A program made the translations under genes and the position numbers. The notes beneath the pieces are model-generated. The model did not search any database. It saw nothing but the letters and a program-made list of their open reading frames with translations, and was not told the origin of the DNA. DNA of 64,000 nucleotides from Alphaproteobacteria bacterium. GTDB taxonomy: Bacteria > Pseudomonadota > Alphaproteobacteria > GCA-2731375. This document shows positions 43,666 through 54,521 of the stretch, piece by piece. Position 1 is the stretch's first letter; every line of letters starts with the position of its first letter. The DNA lies in assembly GCA_965225945.1 (NCBI GenBank), contig CBDDBZ010000037.1, forward strand, positions 384,001 to 448,000, written 5' to 3'.

Positions 43666-43915
43666 ACTCTGAAAGGGTGATAGGTTCGGATGCTTCCGTG
43701 CTACAACGAGTGGTCAAAAACTATCATTCACAATAGGTTACCGCGTTTGAGAAAGCCTGCTTAGGGCTTGCATTTGCGTCACGGATGGACTCTCATACAC
43801 TGGCATTGCACACCGTTTGGTATCTGGGTGTTCACGGAATTTCCAGCGGCCGGACGGCGGCGGCGGAATCCGGGCGGCGGTCCGTTCGGTCACGGGGGGA
43901 ATGGGAGAGCGGCGC

Positions 43916-44788
43916 ATGCCTCGAAAGAGCACTCTCAAGCTGAGCAGGCGCGTGGTCGAGGCGCTCGCGGTCGAAAGCGGCGACCGGGTGTTCTACGACC
44001 GCGACCTCACCGGGTTCGGTGTGCGGGTCCATGCCAGCGGGCGCAAGGTCTATGTGGTCCACGCGCGGGCGCCGGGTGGGGCGCTGAAGCGCGCCGCGAT
44101 CGGCCGGAAGGTCGATATCACCGTCGAGGATGCGCGGCGTGTGGCCGCGGAGGTCATCGACCGGCTGAAGAAGGGCGAGGAGGCGTTTCCGGAGCCGGCC
44201 GCGCCCGAGCCGACCGTGGCCGACCTGGCGGAGCGCTATGTCGAGGCGCATCTGGAGGTGAACTGCCGGCCGGGGACGGTCGAGACCTTCGGGCGAATCC
44301 TCCGGCTCTACATTCTGCCCGAGTTCGGCCACATGCCGCTCTCGGCGGTCGAGCGGGGCCACGTCGCGGCGCTGCATCACAAGATGCGCGACAAGCCCTA
44401 CCAGGCGAACCAGACGCGGGACGTGCTGGCGAAGATGTTCAAGCTCGCGGCGGCGTGGGGGATGACGCCGCCCAGGCGCAATCCGGCGCTGTCGATTCGC
44501 AGATATAAAGAGTATCGCCGCGAGCGGTTCCTGTCTGCGGACGAGTACCGGCGGCTGGCGCGGGTGCTGAACGAGGCGGAAGCCGACGGGTCGGTGTTCC
44601 CGACGGCGATCCCGGCGATTCTCCTGCTGATCCTGACCGGCTGCCGCAAGAACGAGATCGTCACGCTCAGGTGGGACGACATCGACCGCACCGCGGGCGA
44701 GCTGCTGCTGCGCGACGGTAAGACAGGCGTTAATTTCCTTCCCCGATGCCAGTCGACGTCCATTCAGTGCCAAACGATGCCTAACTGA
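43916..44788 (+). pseudogene. Tyrosine integrase truncated after the KTG motif (about 44727)
   Basis: DRDLTGFGVRV..TGCRKNE..DGKTG, then unrelated sequence; lacks HxxR and the catalytic Tyr. Confidence 0.88.
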
Positions 44789-44948
44789 CCGTATCGTTTA
44801 GGTTTTTTGTCCCGCCGTCGTTCCCGACCCCTTGAATTGATGCCACACCTACCCTAAGCTACCCCCACGGATTGATGCCGCACGTTTGCGGCTTGATTAC
44901 ACGCTCCGGTCCCTCAGCTCGGGTCCGGGCTTCGCGTCGGGGATCGCC

Positions 44949-46133
44949 ATGCCGAAGAGAAGCACCCTCCGCCTCACCACCCGCAGCGTCGCCGCCCTGC
45001 CGGTCACCGGCAAGGACGCCGTCTACTGGGACCGCGATCTCGCCGGCTTCGGCGTCCGCGTCCAGCGCAACGGACGCAAGGTCTACGTCGTCCAGTCCCG
45101 CGGACCCGCCGGCCTCCACCGGGTGACGCTCGGACCCTGCGCGGGGGTGGCGATCGACAAGAGGCGCCGCGAGGCGGCCACCATCATCGACCGCATCAAG
45201 CGCGGCCTGGATCCGGTTCCGCCGGAGCCCGAGCCCGAACCCACCGTGGCCGATCTCGCCGCGCGGTGCATGCGCGCCTATGTGAAGGTCCATTGCAAGC
45301 CGAAGACCGAGAAGCTCTACCGCACCGCCATCGACCGGCACATCGTTCCGGCGCTCGGAACCATGGCGGTGAAGGACGTCCGCTCGAAGGATGTCATCGC
45401 GCTCCATGACCGCCTCCGCAACACCCCGTCGATGGCCAACCACGTCGTCGCGATGCTGTCGAAGATGTTCTCGCTGGCCGAGACCTGGGACGTGGTGCCC
45501 CGGGGCCGCAATCCCTGCAAGGCGGTGAGCCACTACCGCGAGCAGCCCCGGGAACGGTTCCTGACCCCCGAGGAGTACCGGAGCGTCGGCGCGGCGCTCA
45601 GGGAAGCGGAAGCCGGGGGCTGGATGTGGCGGCCGGCGATCGCGGCGATCCGGCTGCTCATGCTGACCGGCTGCCGCAAGTCCGAAATCCTCACCCTGCG
45701 CTGGGACGACGTGGACCGCACGGCGGGCGAGTTCCGGCTCCGCGACGGCAAGCGGGGCCCGCGCATGGTGCCGCTGACGACGCCGGCTCTGAAGGTGCTC
45801 GACGGCATCGAACGGGTCGAGGGCAATCCCTGGGTCATCCGGAGCAAGAAGCCCGGCGCCTGCCTGCCGGATCTCACCTACTACTGGAACCGCATCCAGG
45901 TGCATGCCGGACTGGACGGCGTGCGCGTCCATGATCTCCGACACTCCCACGCCTCCCGGGCGCTCGCGCTCGGCGAGAGCCTGACCATGATCGGCCGGAT
46001 TCTCGGGCACTCCAAGGTCGGCACCACCGCCCGCTACGCCCATCTCGTGCACGACGCCGAGAAGGCCGCCGCCGCACGCACCGGCGACAGCATCGGCGCC
46101 CACCTGGCGCCGCAAGACGCCGAGGCGGCGTAG
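44949..46133 (+). CDS. Tyrosine integrase
   Basis: WDRDLAGFGVRV, TGCRKSE, HDLRH, LGH, RYAH. Confidence 0.95.
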   Translation: MPKRSTLRLTTRSVAALPVTGKDAVYWDRDLAGFGVRVQRNGRKVYVVQSRGPAGLHRVTLGPCAGVAIDKRRREAATIIDRIKRGLDPVPPEPEPEPTVADLAARCMRAYVKVHCKPKTEKLYRTAIDRHIVPALGTMAVKDVRSKDVIALHDRLRNTPSMANHVVAMLSKMFSLAETWDVVPRGRNPCKAVSHYREQPRERFLTPEEYRSVGAALREAEAGGWMWRPAIAAIRLLMLTGCRKSEILTLRWDDVDRTAGEFRLRDGKRGPRMVPLTTPALKVLDGIERVEGNPWVIRSKKPGACLPDLTYYWNRIQVHAGLDGVRVHDLRHSHASRALALGESLTMIGRILGHSKVGTTARYAHLVHDAEKAAAARTGDSIGAHLAPQDAEAA

Positions 46134-46147
46134 GGGAGGCGCGGGCG

Positions 46148-47344
46148 ATGGCGGTACTGCAATACAAGACGCTCTCCAACCGCACGGTGGCGGCGCTGAG
46201 CGTCGAACGCGACACGGTGTTCTGGGATCGCGAGCTCACCGGCTTCGGGGTCAGGGTCTATCCCAGCGGCGGCAAAGTCTTCGTCGCCCAGACGCGCGGT
46301 CCGGACGGGCCGAACAAGCCGAACAAGCCAAGGCGGATAACGGTCGGCCGCCACCCGGTGCTCAGCGCCGAGCAGGCGCGCCAGCGGGCCGCGCTCATCA
46401 TCGCGCGGGTCAAGGCCGGGGAGGACCCGGTTCCCCTTCCGCTCCCGGCGAAGTACGCAGGCGGCCCGACGGTGACCGACCTGGCCAACCGCTATCTCCA
46501 AGAGCATGTCGCTGTCCGCTGCAAGCCGAAGACGCAGCGGACGGCCCGCAGCGTCGTCAACCGCCACATCGTGCCGGCGCTCGGCAAACTGCCGATCGCC
46601 GCGGTCGAACGCCGACACGTCATGGCGCTGCACGAGAGCCTGTGCGAGACCCCCGCAATGGCGAATATGGCGGTCGAGACCCTGCGCCACATGTACGCGC
46701 TCGCCAGGGGCTGGGACATGGCGCCGGAGGACTGCGACGATCCCTGCGAGTTCATCCCGATGAACCCCAAGCGGAAACGGGAGCGGTTCCTGACCGACAC
46801 GGAGTTCACCCGCCTCGGGCACGTGCTCGACGAAGTCTCGGGCAAGGGCAGCCGGATATCCGCCGGCGCGATCGCGACGATCCGCCTGCTGATGCTGACG
46901 GGCTGCCGCCGAAACGAAATCCTGACTCTGCGCTGGGAGCACGTCGATCTCGACAAGGCCGAGATGCGCATCGTCGACGGAAAGACGGGCGCCCGCACGG
47001 TCCACTTGTCGCCGTCGGCGGTCCGCGTCCTCAAGACCCTGCCGCGCAAGCCCGGCAGTCTCTGGGTCATTCCGGGAGCCAAGCCGGGCACGCACATGAC
47101 CGACATCGACGGGGCGTGGGCGTCGATCCGCGTGCGGGCCGGGCTCCACGACGTGCGCATCCATGACATCCGGCACAGCTTCGCCTCGCGGGCGCTCGCA
47201 CTCGGTGAGGGCCTGCCGATCATCGGCCGGCTGCTCGGTCACCGCCGGGTCGAGACGACCGCGCGCTATGCGCACCTTGCGCGCGACTCGATCAGGGAAT
47301 CCGCCGAGCGAATCGCCGTCAGCATCGTCGCCGACATCCTCTAG
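46148..47344 (+). CDS. Tyrosine integrase
   Basis: WDRELTGFGVRV, TGCRRNE, KTG, HDIRH, LGH, RYAH; starts 14 nt after the previous integrase. Confidence 0.95.
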   Translation: MAVLQYKTLSNRTVAALSVERDTVFWDRELTGFGVRVYPSGGKVFVAQTRGPDGPNKPNKPRRITVGRHPVLSAEQARQRAALIIARVKAGEDPVPLPLPAKYAGGPTVTDLANRYLQEHVAVRCKPKTQRTARSVVNRHIVPALGKLPIAAVERRHVMALHESLCETPAMANMAVETLRHMYALARGWDMAPEDCDDPCEFIPMNPKRKRERFLTDTEFTRLGHVLDEVSGKGSRISAGAIATIRLLMLTGCRRNEILTLRWEHVDLDKAEMRIVDGKTGARTVHLSPSAVRVLKTLPRKPGSLWVIPGAKPGTHMTDIDGAWASIRVRAGLHDVRIHDIRHSFASRALALGEGLPIIGRLLGHRRVETTARYAHLARDSIRESAERIAVSIVADIL

Positions 47345-47634
47345 CCGCTTCAATTCCGGTGACCCGAGCCACGTTCATGCTAGATTTGCCAGAATGGCCG
47401 AAACCGGATGCAGGTCACCGGATAACCGATTACTTTTGCGGTATTTCCCGATAGCGAGAGAATCGGATCCCGGCGCTCTCGTCTTCGTACCGCAAGCAGC
47501 CGGATTCAAACTCGCGTCCCTGCTTGACCTCGTTTGGCGCTACCATCCGCCAATCACGTGGTCGTCTCGTATTCTCTGCGCCTCGTTCAAGGCGATTTGG
47601 GCGAGCCACCTCAGAGAGAACCTTGACTTGGGGC

Positions 47635-47656
47635 TGGTTGCGGGGGCTCGCAACCA
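47635..47656. other. att-like palindrome containing the tRNA-fMet 3' terminus
   Basis: TGGTTGCG-GGGGCT-CGCAACCA; 47635-47646 is the reverse complement of CCCCCGCAACCA (31144-31155). Confidence 0.55.
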
Positions 47657-47949
47657 CCGATACCGACATTTGATCGAAGTCCCGGTCTGAACCATCTCAA
47701 CCTATTGATCTAACGCAAGGAATCGTATCGCCATCCCGCCGCAAGTGTCAATGGCAGCCGGCTGATGCGCAAGTGCGGGCCCGGATTAGGCCGGCAGCAC
47801 ACGGCACAACAATCGGACTAATTCGCAGACCACAGTGTCAGCAGCTGTCTTCTCCACGCCACAACGGATCCAGCCGCGATCGGCGAGTGAGGTCAAAGGC
47901 GGCGGCAAAGCGGTCGTAACAAGGTTCTGGATTTTCATCGCGTTCGACC

Positions 47950-48440
47950 TCACCGATCGAGACGGACACGGAGCCGCCTAGCACGCTCACGGAAGGCAGC
48001 CTCGCCACCCTCGAGGATATCGCAGACAGCCTTGCGAATTGCTGCGTTTTCCAACCCACCTGCCGCGTAGCTGATCGGCGGAAGGCCACCTGACGGATGC
48101 GGGCCTGCTTCGGCCACGATGATCTGATCCGCGTCGGTGTTGATGACGAGGTTCGCGTTGTGCGTCACCATTATCACCTGGCGCTTCGCCTTGGCCGCAA
48201 TGAAGAGCGCGACCAGCTCGTCGAAGACAGACTTCGGATCGAGGTTCTCTTCGGGCTGGTCGATGATCAACGGTCGATCGTCTGAATCGTCGAGCGCAAG
48301 GTAGAGCAGCAGCAGCACGATACCGCGCGTTCCGGGCGAGAGCTTGCGGATGTCAACGCCGTCATATGAAATCTCGTACCGCACGGTGATGTGGTCGGTG
48401 CCGAAAAGCCAGTGCGCGAACTGTTTCGACCAGGCTCGGA
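47950..48440 (-). pseudogene. TrlF/Ppl-like ABC-type ATPase, C-terminal fragment
   Basis: LSPGTRG, PLIIDQPEENLD, VTHNANLVINTDAD; the upstream part is replaced by IS21 sequence. Confidence 0.78.
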
Positions 48441-48444
48441 ATAC

Positions 48445-49762
48445 CGGCATCATCGACCAGATCCTGGAAGATGACAAAAGCGAGTAGAAGAAGCAGCGCC
48501 ATACCTGCAAACGCATTTTCGAATGGTTGCGCGACGAGCATGGTTATAGCGGTGGCATCACCATCGTGACGGACTATGTCCGGGCCCGGAAGCGCCTGGG
48601 CAAAGAGGTTTTTGTGCCGCTGGCCCATGACCCCGGCCATGCCCAGGTCGACTTCGGCGAAGCCTGGGCGACCATAGCCGGTGTTAGACGGAAGGTTCAC
48701 TATTTTGCCTTGGACCTGCCCCACAGCGATGCCTGTTTTGTCAAAGCCTATCCGGCGGAAACCACGGAGGCTTTCTGCGACGGCCATGTCGCCGCCTTTG
48801 GCTTCTTTAGCGGCATACCCCTCTCGATCCTCTATGACAACACGACACTGGCTGTCGCCAAGATCAAGAAAGACGGCAAGCGGGTCCGCACGAAGACCTT
48901 TACCAAGCTACAGTCACATTACTTGTTCCAGGACAAGTTTGCCCGCCCCGCCAAGGGCAATGAAAAAGGTAAGGTGGAAGGGCTGATCGGCTATGTGCGG
49001 CGCAATTACCTTGTCCCCATTCCTCGTTTTGATAGTTTTGATGCCCTGAATGCCTGGCTTGAGGAACAATGCTTGAAGCGCCAGGGCGATCAATTGCGCG
49101 GCCATGGGGAAACCATCGAAGCGCGTCTGATGCGGGATCTGGATACCCTGATGGCGCTGCCCGCCACGCCTTATGATGCCTGCGAACAGGTCAGCACATC
49201 GGCCAATTCCATCTCGATGGTGCGCTATCGCAACAATGACTACTCGGTGCCGGTGGCCTATGCCCATCATGAGGTTCGGGTGCGGGGCTATGTTCACCAG
49301 GTCGTCATCGGCTGTGGCGCGGAGATTATCGCCCGCCACCCCCGTTCTTATGAGAAAGGGGACATGGTCTTTGACCCGATGCACTTTCTGCCGCTGCTTG
49401 AGCAAAAGGTCGGTGCACTGGATCAGGCGGCGCCATTGAAAGGCTGGGACCTGGGTGTGGAATTTGCCACCCTGCACCGGCTTCTGGAAGCTCGCATGGG
49501 CAAGGCCGGCAAACGTGAATATGTCCAGGTTCTGCGCCTGATGGAAAACTTCGAGATGGGGGACGTGCATGGCGCCGTCAGGCAGGCACTGAACATGGGC
49601 GCCATTGGTTACGATGCGGTCAAGCATCTACTGCTCTGCCGCATTCAAAAGCGACCGCCAAGGCTGGACCTGGATATTTATCCCTACCTACCCAGGGCCA
49701 GTGTCGAGACAACAAAGCCAGCGGCCTACATGAACCTCCTGGCGGAGGAGGCAGCCCCATGA
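48445..49762 (+). pseudogene. istA: istA, 5'-truncated with an in-frame TAG near 48485
   Basis: GIIDQILEDDKSE*KKQRHT..AQVDFGEA..YDN..EKGKVEG. Confidence 0.85.
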
Positions 49763-50532
49763 GCGAGGCCCCCGAACTCCTCCTGCATCATCATCTGAAA
49801 AAGCTGCGCCTGCCGACCTTCCTCTCCGATTATGAAAAACTGGCGAAACAATGCGCCGCTCAAAACAGGGACCATGTGCAGTATCTGCTTCGTCTGTCGG
49901 AGCTGGAACTGATCGAACGGGAGCGGCGCATGATCGAACGGCGGATCAGGGCGGCCCGGTTCGGGGCGGTGAAAAGCCTGGACAGCTTCGACTTCAAAGC
50001 CATGGCTTCCCTCAACAAACCTTTAGTGATGGAACTGGCGCGTTGCCAATATATCGAGGCCAGGGAGAACGTCATCGCCCTTGGTCCCTCCGGCACCGGC
50101 AAAACCCATATTGCCCTTGGCCTCGGCTTGGCGGCCTGCCAAAAGGGCCTGAAGGTCCGCTTTATCACCGCCGCCGCCCTGGTTCACGAACTGATGGAAG
50201 CGGGTGATGAGCGGCGTCTTTTGCGCCTGCAAAAACAACTGGCCAGCCAGCATCTGTTGATCATCGATGAACTCGGCTTCGTGCCGCTGTCTAAAACCGG
50301 CGCCGAACTTCTGTTCGAAACCATCTCGCAGTGTTACGAACGCGGCTCGGTGATTATCACCTCCAATTTGCCGTTCGATGAATGGACGGAAATCTTCGGT
50401 TCCGAACGCCTGACCGGAGCGTTGCTGGATCGCCTGACCCACCATGTCCACATTCTGGAAATGAACGGCGAGAGCTATCGCCTCAAACAGAGCCAAAAAC
50501 GGCGGAATTCCCCAAAAACCGAGCCGTCCTGA
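49759..50532 (+). CDS. istB: IS21 helper ATPase IstB
   Basis: [23 protein letters not shown]. Confidence 0.95.
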   Translation: MSEAPELLLHHHLKKLRLPTFLSDYEKLAKQCAAQNRDHVQYLLRLSELELIERERRMIERRIRAARFGAVKSLDSFDFKAMASLNKPLVMELARCQYIEARENVIALGPSGTGKTHIALGLGLAACQKGLKVRFITAAALVHELMEAGDERRLLRLQKQLASQHLLIIDELGFVPLSKTGAELLFETISQCYERGSVIITSNLPFDEWTEIFGSERLTGALLDRLTHHVHILEMNGESYRLKQSQKRRNSPKTEPS

Positions 50533-50746
50533 ACGCCGAGACCGTGGTTGCCCCGGCGGGCCCACAGGGACCTCCCACGCTGCTTCGCTCCGCGTAACGC
50601 TAAAGCGCTACACGAAGCAGCGCGGGTCCCTCCTATGGATTGCCGGGACAACCGGCAACACCGTATCCGGCATCAACAAGTGGCCCCTTTTTACTCCGGC
50701 GCCATGGCCCGAATTTACTCCGGCGTTGACACCTATGCCTGCATTA

Positions 50747-51914
50747 ATACCACCGAGCGGAATGCCTGACTCACGTTGGGGATTCCCAAGCGGTCCGATC
50801 TCTGACTCAATGTGGTGAACCAATGAGGTTCGCCATGGCAGCGCCTATCGACTTACGGAACGATTTTGACAGCGTCTCACTGCGGCGCCTCGCGAAGAGG
50901 ACCAGGGACGCGACCCAGAGCCGTCGTCTGCTGGCGTTGGCCGAGGTCTACGATGGTGGCAGCAGGACGGATGCGTCGCGGATCGGCGGCGTCGGTCTGC
51001 AGATCATTCGCGACTGGGTGCTGCGCTTCAACGCCCGCGGACCGGACGGGCTGGTCGATGGGAAGTCACCGGGCGCACCCTCGAAGCTCAACGCCGATCA
51101 CCGCCGCGCACTGGCGGAGGTTGTTGAGGCCGGCCCGGTCCCGGCGGTCGACGGCGTCGTGCGCTGGCGGCGCAAGGACCTGGCGCGGTGGCTCTTGGAG
51201 ACGTTCGCCATCTCGCTCGACGAGACCACGGTCGGGCGCGAGTTGAAGGCGCTCGGCTTCGCCAAGATCTCGGCGCGGCCGCGCCACTACGCGCAAAACG
51301 AGCTGGCCGTCGAGGCTTTTAAAAAAAAACTTCCCCGCCGAACTGGCGAAGATCCGGGCGAGGCTCCCGAAAGGCGTCGAGATAGAGCTGTGGTGGCAAG
51401 ATGAAGCCCGCATCGGCCAGAAGAATAAGCTCACACGCCGATGGGCCAGACGTGGCACGCGCCCGCGGGCGCCCCGCGACCAGCGCACCGAATGGGCCTA
51501 TATCTTCGGCGCGATCTGTCCCGCGAAGGGGAAAGGCGCCGGGCTGGTCATGCCCTGGTGCGACACCGACGCCATGGCGGCGCACCTCATCGAGATCAGT
51601 GCCGCCGTCGATCCCGGCGCCCATGCGGTGCTGATCGTCGATCAGGCCGGTTGGCACTTGACGCCCAAGCTGGCGATCCCCGACAACATCACCGTCCTGG
51701 CGCTGCCGCCACGATCGCCCGAGTTGAACCCGGTGGAGAATGTCTGGCAATTCATGCGCGACAACTGGTTGTCGAACCGGATCTTCAAATCCTACGAAGA
51801 CATCGTCGCGCTGTGCTGCCAAGCCTGGAACAACCTCATCGACCAACCATGGAAGATCATGTCCCTCGGCATGCGCAAATGGGCGCATGGGTTCTGATCA
51901 ATGACCGTTGGTAT
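50747..51914 (+). mobile_element. IS630-family element, transposase split at an A9 tract
   Basis: HTH orfA 50823-51404; DDE part WQDEARIG..DQAGWH..ELNPVE ending 51897; ends ATACCA...TGGTAT. Confidence 0.88.
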
Positions 51915-51915
51915 A

Positions 51916-52151
51916 ACTCCAAGCGTTGTGATTTTGTCATCGTTGACGCAACCGGTTACCCCGTCTTGGCCATCGAATACCAGGGAACCGGGCATTTCAC
52001 CCCGGATGCTTTTGAAAGGGATTACGTCAAACAACAAGCGCTTGAGAGCGCCGGCGTTCGCCTTGTTGAAGTGTTCGACAACTTTCGCTGGGATGACGTG
52101 CAGACGCAGCTCGAGACGGCGGTGGGGACGCAAAAGAAAATGTTTGCTTAG
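51916..52151 (+). pseudogene. DUF2726-like protein, C-terminal fragment
   Basis: SKRCDFVIVD..PVLAIEYQGTGH..RDYVK..ALESAGV. Confidence 0.7.
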
Positions 52152-52155
52152 CTTA

Positions 52156-53124
52156 GAGTCCGTCCGGAGACTTTATGTAGGATTACAGAGTTTTCGGAGC
52201 ATGAGTCGAATGGACGCGAGCTTGATGAAGGCGAGCGCGTTGCGGTTGAGGTTCTCCCAGTCCTTGGCCAGTCGGCGGCAGCGGTTGAGCCAGGCGATGG
52301 TGCGTTCGACCACCCAACGCCTGGGCTGGACGACGAAGCCCTTCACCCGATCGGATCGCTTGACGATCTCGGTCTCGAGATCGGGCAGGATGCCGGCCAG
52401 GGCGCGGTGAAAGACCGGCCCCTGATAGGCGCTGTCGGCGAACAATTTCCCGAGAAAGGGAAACAGACCGAACAAGGTCGCCAGCAGCGCGAGACCGCCG
52501 TCGCGATCCTGAACGTCGGCGGCGGTGACGATGCCGTGCAGCAGCAAGCCTTGCGTATCGACCAGAACATGCCGCTTCTTGCCCTTGATCAGCTTGCCGG
52601 CATCGAAGCCGTGGCTGTCGATGCGAGCCCCCCTTTTTCAGCGCTTTTCACACTCTGACTGTCGATGATGCAGGCCGTGGGGCTGGCTTCGCGCGCGGCT
52701 TTCTCGCGGCACTTGAGGTAGAGCGCATGATGGATGCGATCCAGCGTGCCGTCCCAGTTCCACAGGCCGAGGTAATCATGCACGGTGCTTCTGGGCGGCA
52801 AATCCTTGGGCAGCGCGCGCCACTGGCAGCCGGTGCTCAGAATGTACATCACGCCGTTGATCACCTCGCGGATAGCGACGCGCCGTTTGCCGCCGCCGGG
52901 CTTGCCCGGCGGGATCAGCGGCTCGATATGCGCCCATTCCGCATCGGTCAGGTCGCTCGGATAACGCAGTTTGTCGCGGTTGTAGCGCGGGCGGTTGTCG
53001 GCAGTCCACATGGGGCACCTCAAGAGCAAATTCACCACCCCAGAGAATCACAGCTGATTCAGCTCTTCAAGAGGGGCCGCCGGATAACCGATTCATCCGA
53101 CTCATAAAGTCCCCGGACGGACAC
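52156..53124 (-). mobile_element. IS5-family element (IS1031-like), copy 1; two-frame transposase
   Basis: IR G(A/T)GTCCGTCCGG(A/G)GACTTTATG, TTA flanks; RYPSDLTDAEW, IIDSQS, A5G6 shift site, RWVVERT. Confidence 0.93.
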
Positions 53125-53189
53125 TTAACCTCGTGTCCACGAAACCGGCAGCTGGCCAAAATGGAATATTACTCATCAAGATGAGGGCG

Positions 53190-54371
53190 TTAGGCTGTTT
53201 CCCTCAGACCAGCAGACTCAATACGTAAAAGGGCATCAGAAACAAGCTCTACAGTACATGCAATCTCCTTATCGGTTGTGTACCAACCCACGCTGAGTCT
53301 GATCGAAGATTGCGCATCTTCATCGGACAGGCCAATTGCGCGTAGGACATGAGACGCCTCCGGAATGCCGGAAGTGCAGGCGGACCCAGTCGAAACAGCC
53401 AAATCAGGTTGGAGCACTCCCAATAATTCTTCGGCGCGGAATCCCGGAAATTGCATACTCAAATTGCCAGGATGCCTTGCTGATATGGACGGGCCGTTCA
53501 GCTTGGCTTCCGGACCCAAGGCGGATAGGCCATCCCAAAGCTTCAAGGATTTCGTGCGAAGAGATTCACGCTGTTGCGGCTGTTGCAGCAATAGTTCGCA
53601 GGCGGCTCCCATTCCCACGCATAGCGGAACGGGCAGAGTTCCCGATCGAAGCCCTTGTTGTTGACCACCTCCATGTATGAGGGGCGTAATTTCACTTTGC
53701 AGCCGCCGCGTCACATAGAGACACCCGATCCCTTTAGGGCCGTAGATCTTATGTCCCGACAGACTGATCATGTCTGCATAGCTGGAAGCGCGGGACATGT
53801 CGCAAGCCAACGGCATCTGAGCGGCGTCCAAATGCACAAGCACACCAAAGCGCGAAGCCAAGGCATAGATAGCCTCGATATCCTGAATCGTACCGATCTC
53901 GCTATTCACTGCACCGATAGACAACAGAAGCACCCGTTCAGAAAGTATTTCTTCAAGATGACCGAGGTCGATCCGGCCATCCTCGCCTACCTTGCATGCC
54001 GTTAATTCGGCCCCATACTCATCCGTCATCGCAGCGCAGGTCGCAAGCGCACTTTTATGCTCAATATTGGTCGTTATAATTCCATTTCGTTCATTTTTAC
54101 TCAATAAACGACGAAGACCAAGTATAGCGAGATTATTCGCCTCAGTTGCACCCGAGGTATATATGATCTCATCATCGTCGCAGACTATGAGCGCCGCTAT
54201 TCTTGCGGATGCTGAATTCACGGCGGCGGCTGCCGCCCATCCAGATGCGTGATCCGATGAGTGGGGATTGGCGAACGATTCGGTAAGAAACGGCAGCATT
54301 TCCTCGAAAACGGCCTCATCGAGCGGTGTCGATGCCTGATGATCGAGGTAGATTGTGTTTCCAGTTCGCAT
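53190..54371 (-). CDS. sspA: Cysteine desulfurase (IscS/DndA/SspA-like)
   Basis: YLDHQASTP, SGATEANN, SGHK (PLP Lys), RSGT, GSACTS (catalytic Cys); divergent from DUF4007. Confidence 0.9.
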   Translation of the reverse strand: MRTGNTIYLDHQASTPLDEAVFEEMLPFLTESFANPHSSDHASGWAAAAAVNSASARIAALIVCDDDEIIYTSGATEANNLAILGLRRLLSKNERNGIITTNIEHKSALATCAAMTDEYGAELTACKVGEDGRIDLGHLEEILSERVLLLSIGAVNSEIGTIQDIEAIYALASRFGVLVHLDAAQMPLACDMSRASSYADMISLSGHKIYGPKGIGCLYVTRRLQSEITPLIHGGGQQQGLRSGTLPVPLCVGMGAACELLLQQPQQRESLRTKSLKLWDGLSALGPEAKLNGPSISARHPGNLSMQFPGFRAEELLGVLQPDLAVSTGSACTSGIPEASHVLRAIGLSDEDAQSSIRLSVGWYTTDKEIACTVELVSDALLRIESAGLRETA

Positions 54372-54521
54372 TTAGTTTCAATATCTTATCGGTGAAAACG
54401 GTTGCTGAGCGCCACTTTCAAGGCATCGGTGCATCTTCTGGGGGATCGCCCCAGCTTTCCGTTTGACTATAGCATGTTCGAGGAGGTAAAGTCGAGCTGG
54501 AGGAACCATCCAGGAGAAACC

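Larger units (their letters stand above)
48445..50731 (+). mobile_element. IS21-family element (fourth type), left end deleted
   Basis: istA-istB; right end with repeated TTTACTCCGGCG, finishing GTTGACA. Confidence 0.88.

Noticed and set aside
43916-47344. Integron or RIT element
   Set aside because: No IntI-specific insertion or attC cassettes. The integrases are similar arm-domain paralogues, not the dissimilar RitA/B/C trio.
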